Shown: piece after piece, positions 31,578-47,000 of the stretch
Position numbering within the stretch: position 1 is the stretch's first letter
Layout of the letters: each line of letters opens with the position of its first letter
DNA from: Bugula neritina
Taxonomy: Eukaryota; Animalia; Bryozoa
Reading direction: 5' to 3'
Assembly (NCBI GenBank): GCA_964035545.1
Contig: OZ037765.1
Coordinates: 33,665,504-33,729,503, forward strand
Length of the DNA stretch: 64,000 nt
The notes under the pieces: model-generated
Seen by the model: only the letters and a program-made list of their open reading frames with translations
The model's database searches: none
Told to the model about the DNA's origin: nothing
Translations under genes and position numbers: made by a program

Positions 31578-34500
31578 AAAACTTGCATGGTAAAAATGGT
31601 ACAAGTAATAATAGCACAAATGGAAAAGTAGATGAAATGGCACATTTTCAATTTGAGTTGTTGATTGGGCGTTTGTTTGGGTTCGGGAAAATTCAGCATC
31701 AATTGTGCCATATTTTTACCTGTGTTATTTTTACTGGGCACCATTTACTTGAGCATAAGCATATCACAATAGACCTTTTCTTAGTGTCCATGAAACTCAA
31801 TAATATACAATTAAGAGTTGTGTACGCTAGCTTAGTAGGTACATCTGTCATCCTTGGCATTTTTGTAGCTTTTTTATCAAATCTTTGTTGCACTGTCAGT
31901 TGTCCCTGCATAGAAAGATAATATAGAGGAAAATCAATGGCTGATGTTGAACTTCCTTTGTACTCAGTAAGCCTACCTACCAGTTTATTAACTAAAACAT
32001 TTTAGTCACAGGGTAAATGTTTCACTTATATATGGTAATCCAACCTCAACTGTATTTTCTAACTTTTAAACTGGATTAAACACAGTTCTATATAGCATGA
32101 ATTGTGCAGATATTCTCATTTTTCATATCAAATGATTCCCTAATGAATTTAATCTAATCAAGGAAAAAAAGCCACAAGTTTTATAGCCATGAAAGTTGGT
32201 TTGAAAAAAGATATAATTATTTAACAGATTCTATGAATTATGAATGCATGAAAGACCACATTATTTATCTTGAGTTGATAATACAACGATGCCCCTCAGT
32301 TGTTCATGTCCCAAATACTGTACACCTAAACAATATGTAATATTGTGGTAGATTTTAGTGGTGCAATCATTATTGTATTAATCGAAAAGGTTCACTTTAT
32401 ATGGTTATTATCTTGTGAGTTCGACACTGTTGGAGTGTAGCTATGGACAGCAGTGGCACCACTAGTAACCACCAATCAGGACAGTCACACTAATTGATAG
32501 CAGGTGGAGCTAGCTACTCGTAGTTGCAGTGCGCTGAGTAGCTAGCCGGCAGAGCAGCTTGGGACTTCAATTAGAGTAGTTGTGTATTAAAGCTCACTAA
32601 TTATGTAATCGTTTCTGTTCATGCTAGCAGTAAATAACCTTCTTGTATTTGTGCAAATAATAAAGTATCTTATCGTAAACAACCTGGTGCAGTGGCTTTG
32701 ATTAAGTAGACCCACACATAATAATAGTGAACTGGCAAAATTCACTACAATATTATGTGAATGGAACAGTGTCAATTTCAAATAAAACCACAGCTAGTAT
32801 TTTATCATGACAAAAATTCTAAAAATAAATTTAGGTATCTTGTCAGCAGTTTGCTAAAGATTAGTATCAACCATTGCATTCTATCCCCTTTTCTGATATA
32901 CAGAGGTGTTTTTGGAGTTCTGCCCCCTCCCCTTCTACTGGGCTAAACAGTATAATAATGTAATATTGAGCCGTGCAATCCAACGTTGGAAGTAAATATT
33001 ATGTTAAGAATTGCTTCCTCTTTACTTATCGAAGATTTAAAGCCCAGACGCCAGCATCCTGTATAGTAGTGATAACCCAAAAACTACCCCTAGAATGTGC
33101 AGTATTGCGTCGAAAGACAACGCACCCTATTTACGTATTATTTCTTCGCAAAGTATACGTAGGCTGTGCTTCCGTATTTAACACGGCCATAAAAATCGAA
33201 ATGTGACTAGAAGCAGCACCATTTTAGGAGTGATGAGTACATTATTGGTACACACTATACAGCATTGTCAGCAATTCAAATGAGATTTGGAACTACTGCA
33301 CCTAGTGACCCCTCTACCTTGGTGCGGCTACAAGCATTTTTCGTAAAATGGAAACAAAATTGGAACTCACATCCTAATACTAGTAATACACTAATAGTAA
33401 TAGTTATACTTAGTAATTGGCAATATATAATTATAATAATTGAAGACTAAAGAAACAGTAGACACAGTAAGTAACAAAGTAACAAATGTTTAGAATTAAC
33501 CTGCAACGATATAGTTTTTGCTCTACGAGTAAAACATTTACAGATTAAATAATTACACTAACACTTACAGTTACACTTACAGTTACTGAGTTAGTGTTAC
33601 ACTTACTCTTAGAGTTAGAGGGCCTTTTTTGCATTTAAAATTAAATAGTCGCCAAAGGCTAAGCCTAATCATAATGTCAATGATAATCATAATTTTAAAG
33701 TTAAAGGTGATCGCTATAACTATAAATTTATCATAATATTAATATTTATATCAATAATAATCTTAATCATAATCATAATCATAATGATAAATCATTATCA
33801 TTATAAGTTTTATATTTATTATATGAATATCAAATTGTGATTCGATCACAATGTTGCTGATCACATGTGGTCATAATGATAATCATAACGACGTTCATAC
33901 TGATACTGATAGTGATAGTCAGTATAATAGTGACAATCGGTGTGATAGTAATAGTCACTAAAAGTAAAAGTACCACTAATGACAATGCTATCAGTATCAC
34001 TATCATACTGATGGTGAATGTGATGGTCGTACTCATACTCATAGTCATATTGATACTGATACTCATGCTGATCTGATAGGCATACTGATAGTGATAATAC
34101 TTCAACTTACTCGAAGTGATTGTCACACTGGACCATCCTAAAGGGAGAAAGGAGTATGCTGCATATGGGTAATATGTTGGACAGCCATACGTTATTAGTC
34201 ATACGGTTAGTACTGATTAGGCTGTATTGACTGAACAGGAACCTACTCCTGTCTGATGGAGGTCTCTGAGTTATTGCCTTGATTGTAACAGTTTTCCAGA
34301 TATGATTATGTCTGATATTGATAATAATAGTCATTTTGATGATCATAATGACAATGATTACAACCATGAATATCATGTTAAATCATAATAACAATATTAA
34401 TACTAATGCGATTGTTATTATAATTTGAGATGTCAATGTATTGTTAGGGCTAATAGTAATAGTAATACTAATACTAATATAGTAACTGTAATAAGCATAC

Positions 34501-35037
34501 TCATAGTGAGAGTGAGTTAGTCACTAGCATAGTATTAGTATAAGTATTACTATCAGTTATACTAATAGTAATAGCAAATTTAATACTAATAATAGTAGTA
34601 CTTTTAATACTAATGGTATTACACTATAACTATTAGATTTTGTATTACCATATATATACTGATAGAGAAATCTGGAGTTTATATGGTTATACTAATAATA
34701 ATACTAATATTATCACTATTAAAGCATTAGTCAAGTTAATAGTTCAACACTCAATAGTTTACTATAATTAGCTCTAAGTACTGAATATTAGTTATATTTA
34801 CTAAATTATAAATACACCTATAGTACTAAGGGCTATAGAACATTTTCTCTCAATGATTAGGCGCAGAGTTTACGGTCAACAAGTGTGGAATTACATAATT
34901 GTTCAATAAAAATTATGATATTGTCCATCTTATTAAAGTGATTAGTGTGATTAAAGATGTTGCACATTTGTAGATGCAATGCAACAGGTTATGTGACTTA
35001 TAACTGCCATTTCATCTAGTCCTCTGAACCAATCGTC

Positions 35038-38000
35038 ATGCCTCTTGGTAAGTTGTTATTGTTTTACGGACTTACTAGAATAGCTAACCAGACAGTGTTT
35101 AATATAGTCAATAAGGATTCTCATGAAATTTATTTGCTATATTTATGTTAAAAGTGTAAAGATGGTGTTGATTGTTTCCAAATTGGCCGCTTTTCAACGA
35201 ATATAATGAGGTTTCAAGTAAAGATGTTTATACGAAGCATTTTCAAGTATTGCAACAGCTGATGGTTATTTTGTGTCCCTACTCATAGTCTTTCAGTATT
35301 CAACACTATCATATCACTAGGAGGGTTGGCAGTGTACATTAGAGTAGTGGTGTAAAGACCGTGTATATGACGTGTGCATATAACATATTATATTATAATG
35401 TATAACATTTCTCTTCCAGTGTACATACATAGCACTTTGTTAGTTACATTATAATCGGTCTCAAAAATCATGGTAATGAGTGAGGGCAAACTTGAAGGAA
35501 CTTGCATATTTTCATCAATCATAATCGAAGTTTATAATTTATCAATTATACGTATACTAACTATACATATACTAACTATACATATACTAACTATACATAT
35601 ACTAACTATACATATACTAACTATACATATACTAACTATACATATACTAGCTATACATATACTAACTATACATATACTAACTATACATATACTAACTATA
35701 CATATACTAACTATACTATACTAACTATACATATACTAACTATACATATACTAACTATACATATACTAACTATACGTATAATAACTATACATATACTAAC
35801 TATACGTATACTAACTATACGTATACTATCTATACATATACTATACATGTTTATTGTAAATTATATTATTCATCAATATACTTGTAATTTGATACTGGAA
35901 GCATTTCTTGTAAAAGCAAGTATGTTGTTTATCACAATGAGAATAATTAGTTGACGTTCTTTAGATTGTATTGGGTGCTGTGCAGGCTGCAAGCCGAGGT
36001 GGATGAATCTAGTCAATAATATCTACCCTGCAAACCCTCAGGTGCTCAGTCTATGTCAAGGTTGAATTTTCTTTCGCCGGTGTTTCTTTCTGCCATACGT
36101 ATTTCCTTATTTACTCTGTAGATTCACACTTCAATATAAATATTATACAGAACTGTTAAATTACAATTGAAAATATATACTTCGCTCCTAACTCTTCCTA
36201 ATTTATATTGCAATTTTAGCAATGTACGTATTATGCATGTCAAAATCAATTTTTTTATCTTTAGAAGTATTGTCGATTATTTTGATTTAACTTAAAATTT
36301 ACAAATTGATAGAATGTAAGTTCAGGTGAGAGAGGACTGGACATATTATTAGTTAGCAGCACAGTGGAACAGCTCAGTGTATTGTAGGAGTTGTCTGTAC
36401 TACATTATGCTGCGTGTTAACAGGATGGGTTGATCAAAGCTAATATGCCAAAGCTCACCTACTACGCCCTTTCTAACCCCCAGAAGTTGGACAGGATTGG
36501 AGAGTATTTATCTAAACGGCTGAGCAGAGACCTTCAGAGGAACAGAATAGGGTTGGTTGCTGTATTCACATAATATATTGTGTTATATCCACATAATATA
36601 TTGTGTTATATTCACATAATATAATGTGTTATATTCACATAGTATATTGTGTTGTATTCACATAATATATTGTGTTATATCCACATAATATATTGTGTTA
36701 TATTCACATAATATAATGTGTTATATTCACATAGTATATTGTGTTGTATTCACATAATATATTGTGTTATATTCACATAATATATTGTGTTATATTCACA
36801 TAATATATTGTGTTATATTCACATAATATATTGTGTTATATTCACATAATATATTGTGTTATATTCACATAATATAATGTGTTATATTCACATAATATAT
36901 TGTGTTGTATTCACATAATATATTGTGTTATATTCACATAGTATATTGTGTTATATTCACATAATATATTGTGTTATATCCACATAATATATTGTGTTAT
37001 ATTCGCATAATATATTGTGTTATATCCACATAGCATATTGTGTTATATTCACATAATATATTGTGTTATATTCACATAATATAATGTGTTATATTCACGT
37101 ATTATATTGTGTTATATTTGCATAATATATTGTGTTATATCCACATAGTATATTGTGTTGTATTCACATAGTATATTGTGTTATATTCACATAGTATATT
37201 GTGTTATATTCACATAATATATTGTGTTATATCCACATAATATATTGTGTTATATTCGCATAATATATTGTGTTATATCCACATAGCATATTGTGTTGTA
37301 TTCACATAGTATATTGTGTTATATTCACATAGTATATTGTGTTGTATTCACATAGTATATTGTGTTATATTCACATAATATAATACGAATGTGTAGCTGA
37401 TCTAGCCTATAGTTAGCTCATCTGAAATATATTTGTTGGAGTTGTCATTTCATATACTGAAACTGCTCACCTTACGCTGTGGCATATCACATTAGCTCAT
37501 GACAATCCTGCAAGGTGCTTGCTCTAGGTTTGCCAGCATAGCTATGGAGGCAATGGACAAGCTGCTAGTGGCCTGTCACTCTCAGTCACTCAACCTGTTT
37601 GTGGAGAGCTTCCTTAAAATGGTGCAGAAACTTCTTGAATGTTCTGATCCAGAGATGCAGTGTCTCGCTACAGTATCAGTGAGTAGTAGTTAGTATTAGC
37701 TAGTATTAGTTAGTACAGAGTAGTGAGTATACGGAGTAATGGTAAGTATACAGAGTATACAAAGTAGAGTATACAGAGTAGAGTATACAGAGTAGAGTAT
37801 ACAGAGTAGAGTATACAGAGTAGAGTACACAGAGTAGAGTATACAGAGTAGTGAGTATACAGAGTAGTGAGTATACAGAGTAGTGAGTATACAGAGTAGT
37901 GAGTATACAGAGTAGAGTATACAGAGTAGAGTATACAGAGTAGAGTATACAGAGTAGAGTATACAGAGTAGAGTATACAGAGTAGAGTATACAGAGTAGA

Positions 38001-41000
38001 GTATACAGAGTAGAGTATACAGAGTAGAGTATACAGAGTAGAGTAGACAGAGTAGAGTATACAGAGTATACAGAGTAGAGTATACAGAGTAGAGTATACA
38101 GAGTAGAGTATACAGAGTAGAGTATACAGAGTAGAGTATACAGAGTAGAGTATACAGAGTAGAGTATACAGAGTAGAGTATACAGAGTAGAGTACACAGA
38201 GGACAGAGTGAGTGTAGAGTAGTAGTGAGTATAAAGTGTTTTATTAACTGTAAGTTGTCTTCTCTCTGTATTTAGTTTGTGAAGTTTTCCAACATTGAAG
38301 AGGATACACCCTCCTATCACAGAAGATACGACTTCTTTGTCTCTCAGTTTAGCGCCATGTGCCACAGTAACCACCACACAGCCAAACTAAGGTCAGTCGC
38401 AGGTCAATTGTGTTACGGTATTACTCTACTCTACCTAGGAGTTGTTCTCTCATAGGTCATTACTCTCCTCTACCTAGGAGTTATTCTCTCATAGGTTATT
38501 ACTCTCCTCTACCTAGAAGTTGTTCTCTCATAGGTCATTACTCTCCTCTACCTAGGAGTTATTCTCTCATAGGTCATTACTCTCCTCTACCTAGAAGTTG
38601 TTCTCTCATAAGTTATTACTCTCCTCTACCTAGAAGTTGTTCTCTCATAGGTCATTACTCTCCTCTACCTAGGAGTTGTTCTCTCATAAGTTATTACTCT
38701 CCTCTACCTAGGAGTTATTCTCTCATATGGTATTACTCTACTCTATCAAGAAGTTGTGTTATCAACCAACACAACATACTATACTATACTACAGGAGTTG
38801 TGTGTTCAATGCGACTAATATAAGTTGTTTTGTTGTATTCATCTAGTATCTATGTTATATATGTTGTATGTCTATAGCATTGAATACAGGCAGGTGATGT
38901 ATTGCAGTACCAGCATGCCCTAGTTTCCTGTCATATGGGCCGTGTGCATTACAGTTTTTATGCTGTTTTGTGACTGTTTTACATTGTCAGCATAAATACT
39001 AGTTTTAGAGTTTGTCTCCCCTGGTTTAGCCCAGTTTTATATCAATTGTATCTTTTTGGGGGATTTTTCTGGCCTCCCAGTTCCAAGACTTGTTGTGATG
39101 AGTCACAGTCTTTCTTTGCTCCCTCATACTGGTTTCGGAGAGTTTATTAGAAAGTGATATTGCTCAAATCATGATTGTTTAAACTATCAGTTTAATCATA
39201 GCCTCAGGTTCTATGCAGTGTGGGGTCTGTAGTCAGTCTGGTAATTCCCACCCCTCACTGCTAGGCTGAAGAAGGATGTCTACTCTAACATCTCCCCTTG
39301 ACGTATGCAGTTTGACAACTTTTATATGCTACTCGTTACACAGGATACGCACGTCTGGTATTCAAGGTCTTCAAGGGGTCATCAGGAAGACGGTGTGCGA
39401 CGAACTACAACCAGATATCTGGGCGCAGCACCATATGGACAAGATTGTGCCGTCTCTACTGTACAACATGCACTCAGGGCCAGAGTAAGTTACTCTACAA
39501 CATGCACTCAGGGCCAGAGTAAGTTACTCTACAACATGCACTCAGGGCCAGAGTGAGTTACTGTATAACATGTACTCAGGGCCAGAGTAAGTTACTGTAC
39601 AACATGCACTCAGGGCCAGAGTAAGTTACTGTACAACATGTACTCAGGGCCAGAGTGAGTTACTGTATAACATGTACTCAGTGCCAGAGTAAGTTACTGT
39701 ATAACATGTACTCAGGGCCAGAGTAAGTTACTGTATAACATGCACTCAGGGCCAGAGTAAGTTACTGTATAACATGTACTCAGGGCCAGAGTAAGTTACT
39801 GTACAACATGTACTCAGGGCCAGAGTAAGTTACTGTATAACATGCACTCAGTGCCAGAGTAAGTTACTGTATAACATGCACTCAGGGCCAGAGTAAGTTA
39901 CTGTATAACATGTACTCAGTGCCAGAGTAAGTTACTGTATAACATGTACTCAGTGCCAGAGTAAGTTACTGTATAACATGTACTCAGGGCCAGAGTAAGT
40001 TACTGTATAACATGTACTCAGGGCCAGAGTAAGTTACTGTATAACATGCACTCAGGGCCAGAGTAAGTTACTGTATAACATGTACTCAGGGCCAGAGTAA
40101 GTTACTCTACAACATGCACTCAGGGCCAGAGTAAGTTACTGTATAACATGCACTCAGGGCCAGAGTAAGTTACTGTATAACATGTACTCAGGGCCAGAGT
40201 AAGTTACTGTACAACATGCACTCAGGGCCAGAGTAAGTTACTGTATAACATGCACTCAGGGCCAGAGTAAGTTACTGTATAACATGTACTCAGGGCCAGA
40301 GTAAGTTACTGTACAACATGCACTCAGGGCCAGAGTAAGTTACTGTATAACATGTACTCAGGGCCAGAGTAAGTTACTCTACAATATGCACTCAGGGCCA
40401 GAGTAAGTTACTGTATAACATGCACTCAGGGCCAGAGTAAGTTACTGTATAACATGTACTCAGGGCCAGAGTAAGTTACTGTATAACATGCACTCAGGGC
40501 CAGAGTAAGTTACTGTATAACATGTACTCAGGGCCAGAGTAAGTTACTGTACAACATGCACTCAGGGCCAGAGTAAGTTACTGTATAACATGTACTCAGG
40601 GCCAGAGTAAGTTACTCTACAACATGCACTCAGGGCCAGAGTAAGTTACTGTATAACATGCACTCAGGGCCAGAGTAAGTTACTGTATAACATGTACTCA
40701 GGGCCAGAGTAAGTTACTGTATAACATGCACTCAGGGCCAGAGTAAGTTACTGTATAACATGCACTCAGGGCCAGAGTAAGTTACTGTATAACATGTACT
40801 CAGGGCCAGAGTAAGTTACTCTACAACATGCACTCAGGGCCAGAGTAAGTTACTGTATAACATGCACTCAGGGCCAGAGTAAGTTACTGTATAACATGTA
40901 CTCAGGGCCAGAGTAAGTTACTGTATAACATGCACTCAGGGCCAGAGTAAGTTACTGTATAACATGTACTCAGGGCCAGAGTAAGTTACTGTACAACATG

Positions 41001-44000
41001 CACTCAGGGCCAGAGTAAGTTACTGTATAACATGTACTCAGGGCCAGAGTAAGTTACTGTATAACATGTACTCAGTGCCAGAGTAAGTTACTGTATAACA
41101 TGTACTCAGTGCCAGAGTAAGTTACTGTATAACATGTACTCAGGGCCAGAGTAAGTTACTGTATAACATGTACTCAGTGCCAGAGTAAGTTACTGTATAA
41201 CATGCACTCAGGGCCAGAGTAAGTTACTGTATAACATGTACTCAGTGCCAGAGTAAGTTACTGTACAACATGTACTCAGGGCCAGAGTAAGTTATTATTT
41301 GTGTGAATGTGTAGAAATGATTAGACAGGGCTCCGGGCACAAATTGTTGTAAACTAAACCGTCAACTCAGTAAACTAGTCTGGTGACATTCAATATGCTC
41401 GTAATATCAAGCAGTAAATTGTCCAATCAGTTAAAAGCACTGCGACTACAATCTAGCAGCACTGTAATTCAGCCAATCATACTGTTTGTTGTTGTGTTGC
41501 CTAGTAACCCTCCAGCAGAGTCTGCTGTCACGGCAGACGAGGAACCGGCAAGTGCGGCAGCAGAGAAGGTGTTCAGAGACTTGGTGTGCCGAGCAGCGTT
41601 CAGCAATCTCAAGTCTGTTCTCCAGCCGGTCCTGCTGTACGTATAGTACCGTATACTCTGTGTGTAATACTGTATACTCTGTGTGTAATACTGTATACTC
41701 TGTGTGTAATACCGTATACTATGTGTGTGTAATACTGTATACTATGTACGTATAGTACTGTATACTCTGTGTGTAATACCGTATACTATGTGTGTAATAC
41801 TGTATACTATGTGTGTAATACTGTATACTATGTGTGTAATACTGTATACTCTGTGTGTAATACTGTATACTATGTGTGTAATACTGTATACTATGTGTGT
41901 AATACTGTATACTCTGTGTGTAATACTGTATATTATGTGTGTAATACTGTATAATCTGTGTGTAATACTGTATATTATGTGTATAATACCGTATACTATG
42001 TGTGTAATACTGTATACTATGTGTGTAATACTGTATACTATGTGTGTAATACTGTATACTATGTGTGTAATACTGTATACTCTGTGTGTAATACTGTATA
42101 TTATGTGTGTAATACCGTATACTATGTGTGTAATACTGTATACTATGTGTGTAATACTGTATACTATGTGTGTAATACTGTATACTCTGTGTGTAATACT
42201 GTATACTCTGTGTGTAATACTGTATACTCTGTGTGTAATACTGTATACTATGTGTGTAATACCGTATACTATGTGTGTAATACTGTATACTATGTGTGTA
42301 ATACTGTATACTATGTGTGTAATACTGTATACTATGTGTGTAATACTGTATACTATGTGTGTTTTATACCGTATACTATGTGTGTAATACTGTATACTTT
42401 GTATGTAATACTGTATATTATGTGTGTAGTACTGTATACTATGTGTGTAATACTGTATACTATGTGTGTAATACTGTATATTATGTGTGTAATACTGTAT
42501 ACTATGTGTGTAATACTGTATATTATGTGTATAATACTGTATACTTTGTATGTAATACTGTATACTATGTATGTGTTATACCGTGTACTATGTATGTTAT
42601 ACTGTATTCTTAGGCACATGGATAGCCATAATCTGTGGACAAAGACAGTTTTCCCTTCAGCTTGCTTCAAGATAATCATGTACTCAGTCCAGGTGATTGC
42701 CTTTTCGTATTTGTAATATAACTATACGTAGTGTAATATAACTATATGTAGTGTAATATAACTATACGTAGTGCAATATTACTATACGTAGTGTAATATA
42801 ACTATACGAAGTGTAATATAACTATACGCAGTGTAATATAACTATACGTAGTGTAATATAACTATACGCAGTGTAATATAACTATACGTAGTGTAATATA
42901 ATTATACGTAGTGCAATATTACTATAAGTAGTGTAATGTAACTATACGTGGTGTAATATAACTATACGAAGTGTAATATAACTATATGTAGTGTAATATA
43001 ACTATACGTAGTGTAATATAACTATACGTAGTGTAATATAACTATACGTAGTGTAATATAACTATACGCAGTGTAATATAACTATACGTAGTGTAATATA
43101 ACTATACGTAGTGTAATATAACTATACGCAGTGTAATATAACTATACGTAGTGTAATATAACTATACGCAGTGTAATATAACTATACGTAGTGTAATGTA
43201 ACTATACGTAGTGTAATATAACTATATGTAGTGTAATATAACTATACGTAGTGTAATATAACTATACGTAGTGTAATATAACTATATGTAGTGTAATATA
43301 ACTATACGTAGGCACACAGTTATTATACACACAGTCACATTGTCATACTGATATACTGTAGGCACAGTACAGTCACATTGTCGTACAGAAACTGATGAGT
43401 CATCTAGACATGCACAGCAAGAGTCCCGCCCGACTCAAGGCTCGTATAACCGACGTCCTCTCAGAAACCGTCATCATTGCTGCCGGAGGCTCCATCGGTG
43501 AGACTTGCTGCCTTCCTGCATATTCCCTTCACTTGAGATATTTTCTCTCAAACTGCTTGGGAGTTATGTGCCCTCACTTGTAAATCTCAACTAAGCTGAG
43601 TGTTTAGTGGCCACAGCTGGTAGACTGAGTCATATCCTCTCAGTTTAAATAACAGTATCAGGTCATGCTATAAATAGAATGTTACTTGATATTTTTATGT
43701 TACAGTTTTACATTTTTAGCAAACTGTTGGAGTAATACTAAGGTTAAATATAATATAATATAATAATTTCAACTATATAATAATAATATATATAATTATA
43801 AGACATTTACATAGTATTTGTGTGTACTAATGGCAATTCCCTTATATGGTATTATCACGCACATCAGCTATTTCCTTATATGGTATTATCACGCACATTA
43901 ACTATTCCCTTATATGGTATTATAATAAACAGTAGTTGTTTCCTTATATGGTATTGTATGTGACTCATCTTGCAGGCCCCTCAGTTTTGGAGGTATTCAA

Positions 44001-47000
44001 CAGTCTGTTGAGACATCTCAGAGTATCTGTGGAGTACACTGCTAACTCTGAGCAAGAACAGACAGACAATACCAGGTTCCAGGAGTCCATAATCAACACT
44101 ATAGGTACGTCTGCTCAACTGTACGTCTGCTTAGCTGTACGTCTGTTTTTTACCTCTCTGTCAATATTTATTCTATTGGTCTCTTTTCTTCTGACTAGTT
44201 TCTTTGAATGTGTTTCAAGTTTACATTTGTATTGGTTGAAGGCAAGTAAAGCAACTTTCTCTGTTCTAGGCGAGTTTGCTAACCACTTACCTGACTTTCA
44301 GAAAATTGAGATTTTGATGTTCGTAATAAATAAGATGCCCACAACTCCACAAGCTGAGAAGTAAGTTTAGGTTACAGCAATACATTGTCTTGTATCTTTA
44401 TGTATTACCATATATTGCTGTACACAGCGATAGTCATTATTGCAATAATATTTTAAAATTCTTTACAATGCAGCCACTCCTTGTGTAATGCATTAGGCTC
44501 CCCCCCCCCCCCCAGAGAGCGCTTGTCAATGTGATAAGATTTATCAAATGCTTTGCATCAACCAATAACCAAATCAGCTGAGCTCAGCAATCACTTTGAT
44601 AAAGACCTGTGACTGGCTCAGTATTGGACGTCCTGAACTGCATAGCCTACATCAACTTGTTACAGAGTTGAGCTGACGACCAACTCACAGTTGCAGACGA
44701 TGTTGCTGAAGACGGTGCTGAAAGTGGCCACCACCTACCGCACGGTCCTCATGAGTAACGCATTCCCCTCGAGTCTGAAGAACCCCCTCCTCCAGCTCTC
44801 CGTCGTCAACAAACCCTCCACTCGGCTGATGGTGCAGCAGATTCTCCACACTCTCATAGACCGACACAACAACCTCGACAAGTTCTCCAGAATCTGGTTG
44901 GTTTTATCATCAGCTGTAGGTCTACATTACCTTAGTTACCATGCTTACATTAGTTACCATGTTTACCGTGGTTACCATGTTTACCTTGGTTACCATGCTT
45001 ACCTTAGTTACCATGTTTACCTTGGTTACCATGCTTTAATTTTGGTTTTAGTTTGATATTTTTGTCTGTAACAATATAAAGAAATAAAACATTTTTAATT
45101 TTATTTTCACACTTGGGTTTTGAGTAATTTTTTCTTTGATTTCATGAAATTATTGCAAAAAGCATTGGAAGTAATTTGCATGATAGCGGAAAGTAAAAGC
45201 GTGTCTTGGATGTTAATATTGGAGTTCAGGGTATCTGTTTTAGTATATTTGTTACTGTATTATAAAGTTATGATCCTGAGTAATCCAAGGAGTTGGGTGT
45301 GAAACAAACATCCTCAGCTCATTTGGTAAACTTAGTAAATGCTGATGTAATAAATACGCAATTCATTAAATCATTGAATTGGCACAATTTCTTTATATAA
45401 CAAAGTGTTCATCAGAAAGACTCTACTTTCTACATTAACGCAGCACATAAGTTGTAACTGGTAATGTGATTGGTTGGTCATCTGTCGCTACTTCCTGTGT
45501 TAGGATACCGGAAGACATAGCAGAGCTCTACTTGACGGTGGAAAAGCCGTCGAGACAGGACGTGCACTTCATGAGTCATGGAGGTCAGCACATCCTGTGG
45601 CACCTGATGGAGAACCTGAGGTTACCAAACAACGACAAGGCTAACATAGAGTCCCTCTACACCACCATGTGTCTCCTGCTTGTGGAGCTTGTGGCCGATG
45701 AGACGCTGGTGGCCTTTGCGTCCTTCATACTCAATCTGCAGGTAATCTGGTAGAGTAGTGGTGATCTGCAGGTAGTCTAGTAGAGTAGTGGTCATCTGCA
45801 GGTAGTCTAGTAGAGTAGTGGTGATCTGCAGGTAGTCTAGTAGAGTAGTGGTCATCTGCAGGTAGTCTAGTAGAGTAGTGGTGATCTGCAGGTAGTCTAG
45901 TAGAGTAGTGGTGATCTGCAGGTAGTCTGGTAGAGTAGTGGTGATCTGCAGGTAGTCTGGTAGAGTAGTGGTGATCTGCAGGTAGTCTGGTAGAGTAGTG
46001 GTGATCTGCAGGTAGTCTGGTAGAGTAGTGGTGATCTGCAGGTAGTCTAGTAGAGTAGTGGTCATCTGCAGGTAGTCTAGTAGAGTAGTGGTGATCTGCA
46101 GGTAGTCTGGTAGAGTAGTGGTGATCTGCAGGTAGTCTAGTAGAGTAGTGGTGATCTGCAGGTAGTCTAGTAGATTAGTGGTGATCTGCAGGTAGTCTAG
46201 TAGAGTAGTGGTGATCTGCAGGTAGTCTAGTGGAGTAGTGGTGATCTGCAGGTAGTCTAGTAGAGTAGTGATGATCTGCAGGTAGTCTGGTAGAGTAGTG
46301 GTCATCTGCAGGTAGTCTAGTAGAGTAGTGGTGATCTGCAGGTAGTCTGGTAGAGTAGTGGTGATCTGCAGGTAGTCTGGTAGAGTGTGCAGAAGTAGTT
46401 TTAATTTGTTGAGTTTATGCCCGAGCATAACTATCTGTTTTAAGCTGTATGAAATTATACAATGTAGGAGGCAGCAATGGCCGATGACCTTTCACCCCAC
46501 CAGTGCGCTGTTCAGATACACGTCACAGTCATAGCCTTTGCCAGCGTATTTGCCGAGTTGGCCGGAGTCACGGAGCTACAGGAGCATATTAGTCAGGTAG
46601 TAGCTTCAGGTTATTTGGCGATAGTCATGACTACTAGGTACTATAAGCTGACAATAGTCATGAGTACTGGGTAATATAAGCTGGCAATAGTCATGAGTAC
46701 TAGGTACTATAAGCTGGCGATAGTCATGAGTACTAGGTACTATAAGCTGGCAATAGTCATGAGTGCTAGATACTACAGTATTCTGTTTATATTACTAGGT
46801 GGTGTCTAACCGTAAGTCTTTCTGTCCACATCTACTTCCTGAGTTCGCCATCTACGGCGCTGGAACGGAAACGTAAGTTATTCTCACGGCCAGCAAGTAA
46901 TATATGCTACAGTATAACATCCTCGTAGTTTCCTGTTAGAGCAAGTTTTCCAACTAGAGAAGTGGGATAACTCCTATTCCAGTGTCTGTAGATGTGTTTC

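Noticed and set aside
32509-32546. 11-bp hairpin GCTAGCTACTC...GAGTAGCTAGC near a CCAAT motif
   Set aside because: No recognisable RNA family or element boundaries; cannot be distinguished from chance or a TE remnant.
39457-41294. 34-bp regularly spaced repeats as a CRISPR array
   Set aside because: Head-to-tail units with no unique spacers, inside a spliceosomal intron, and no cas genes.
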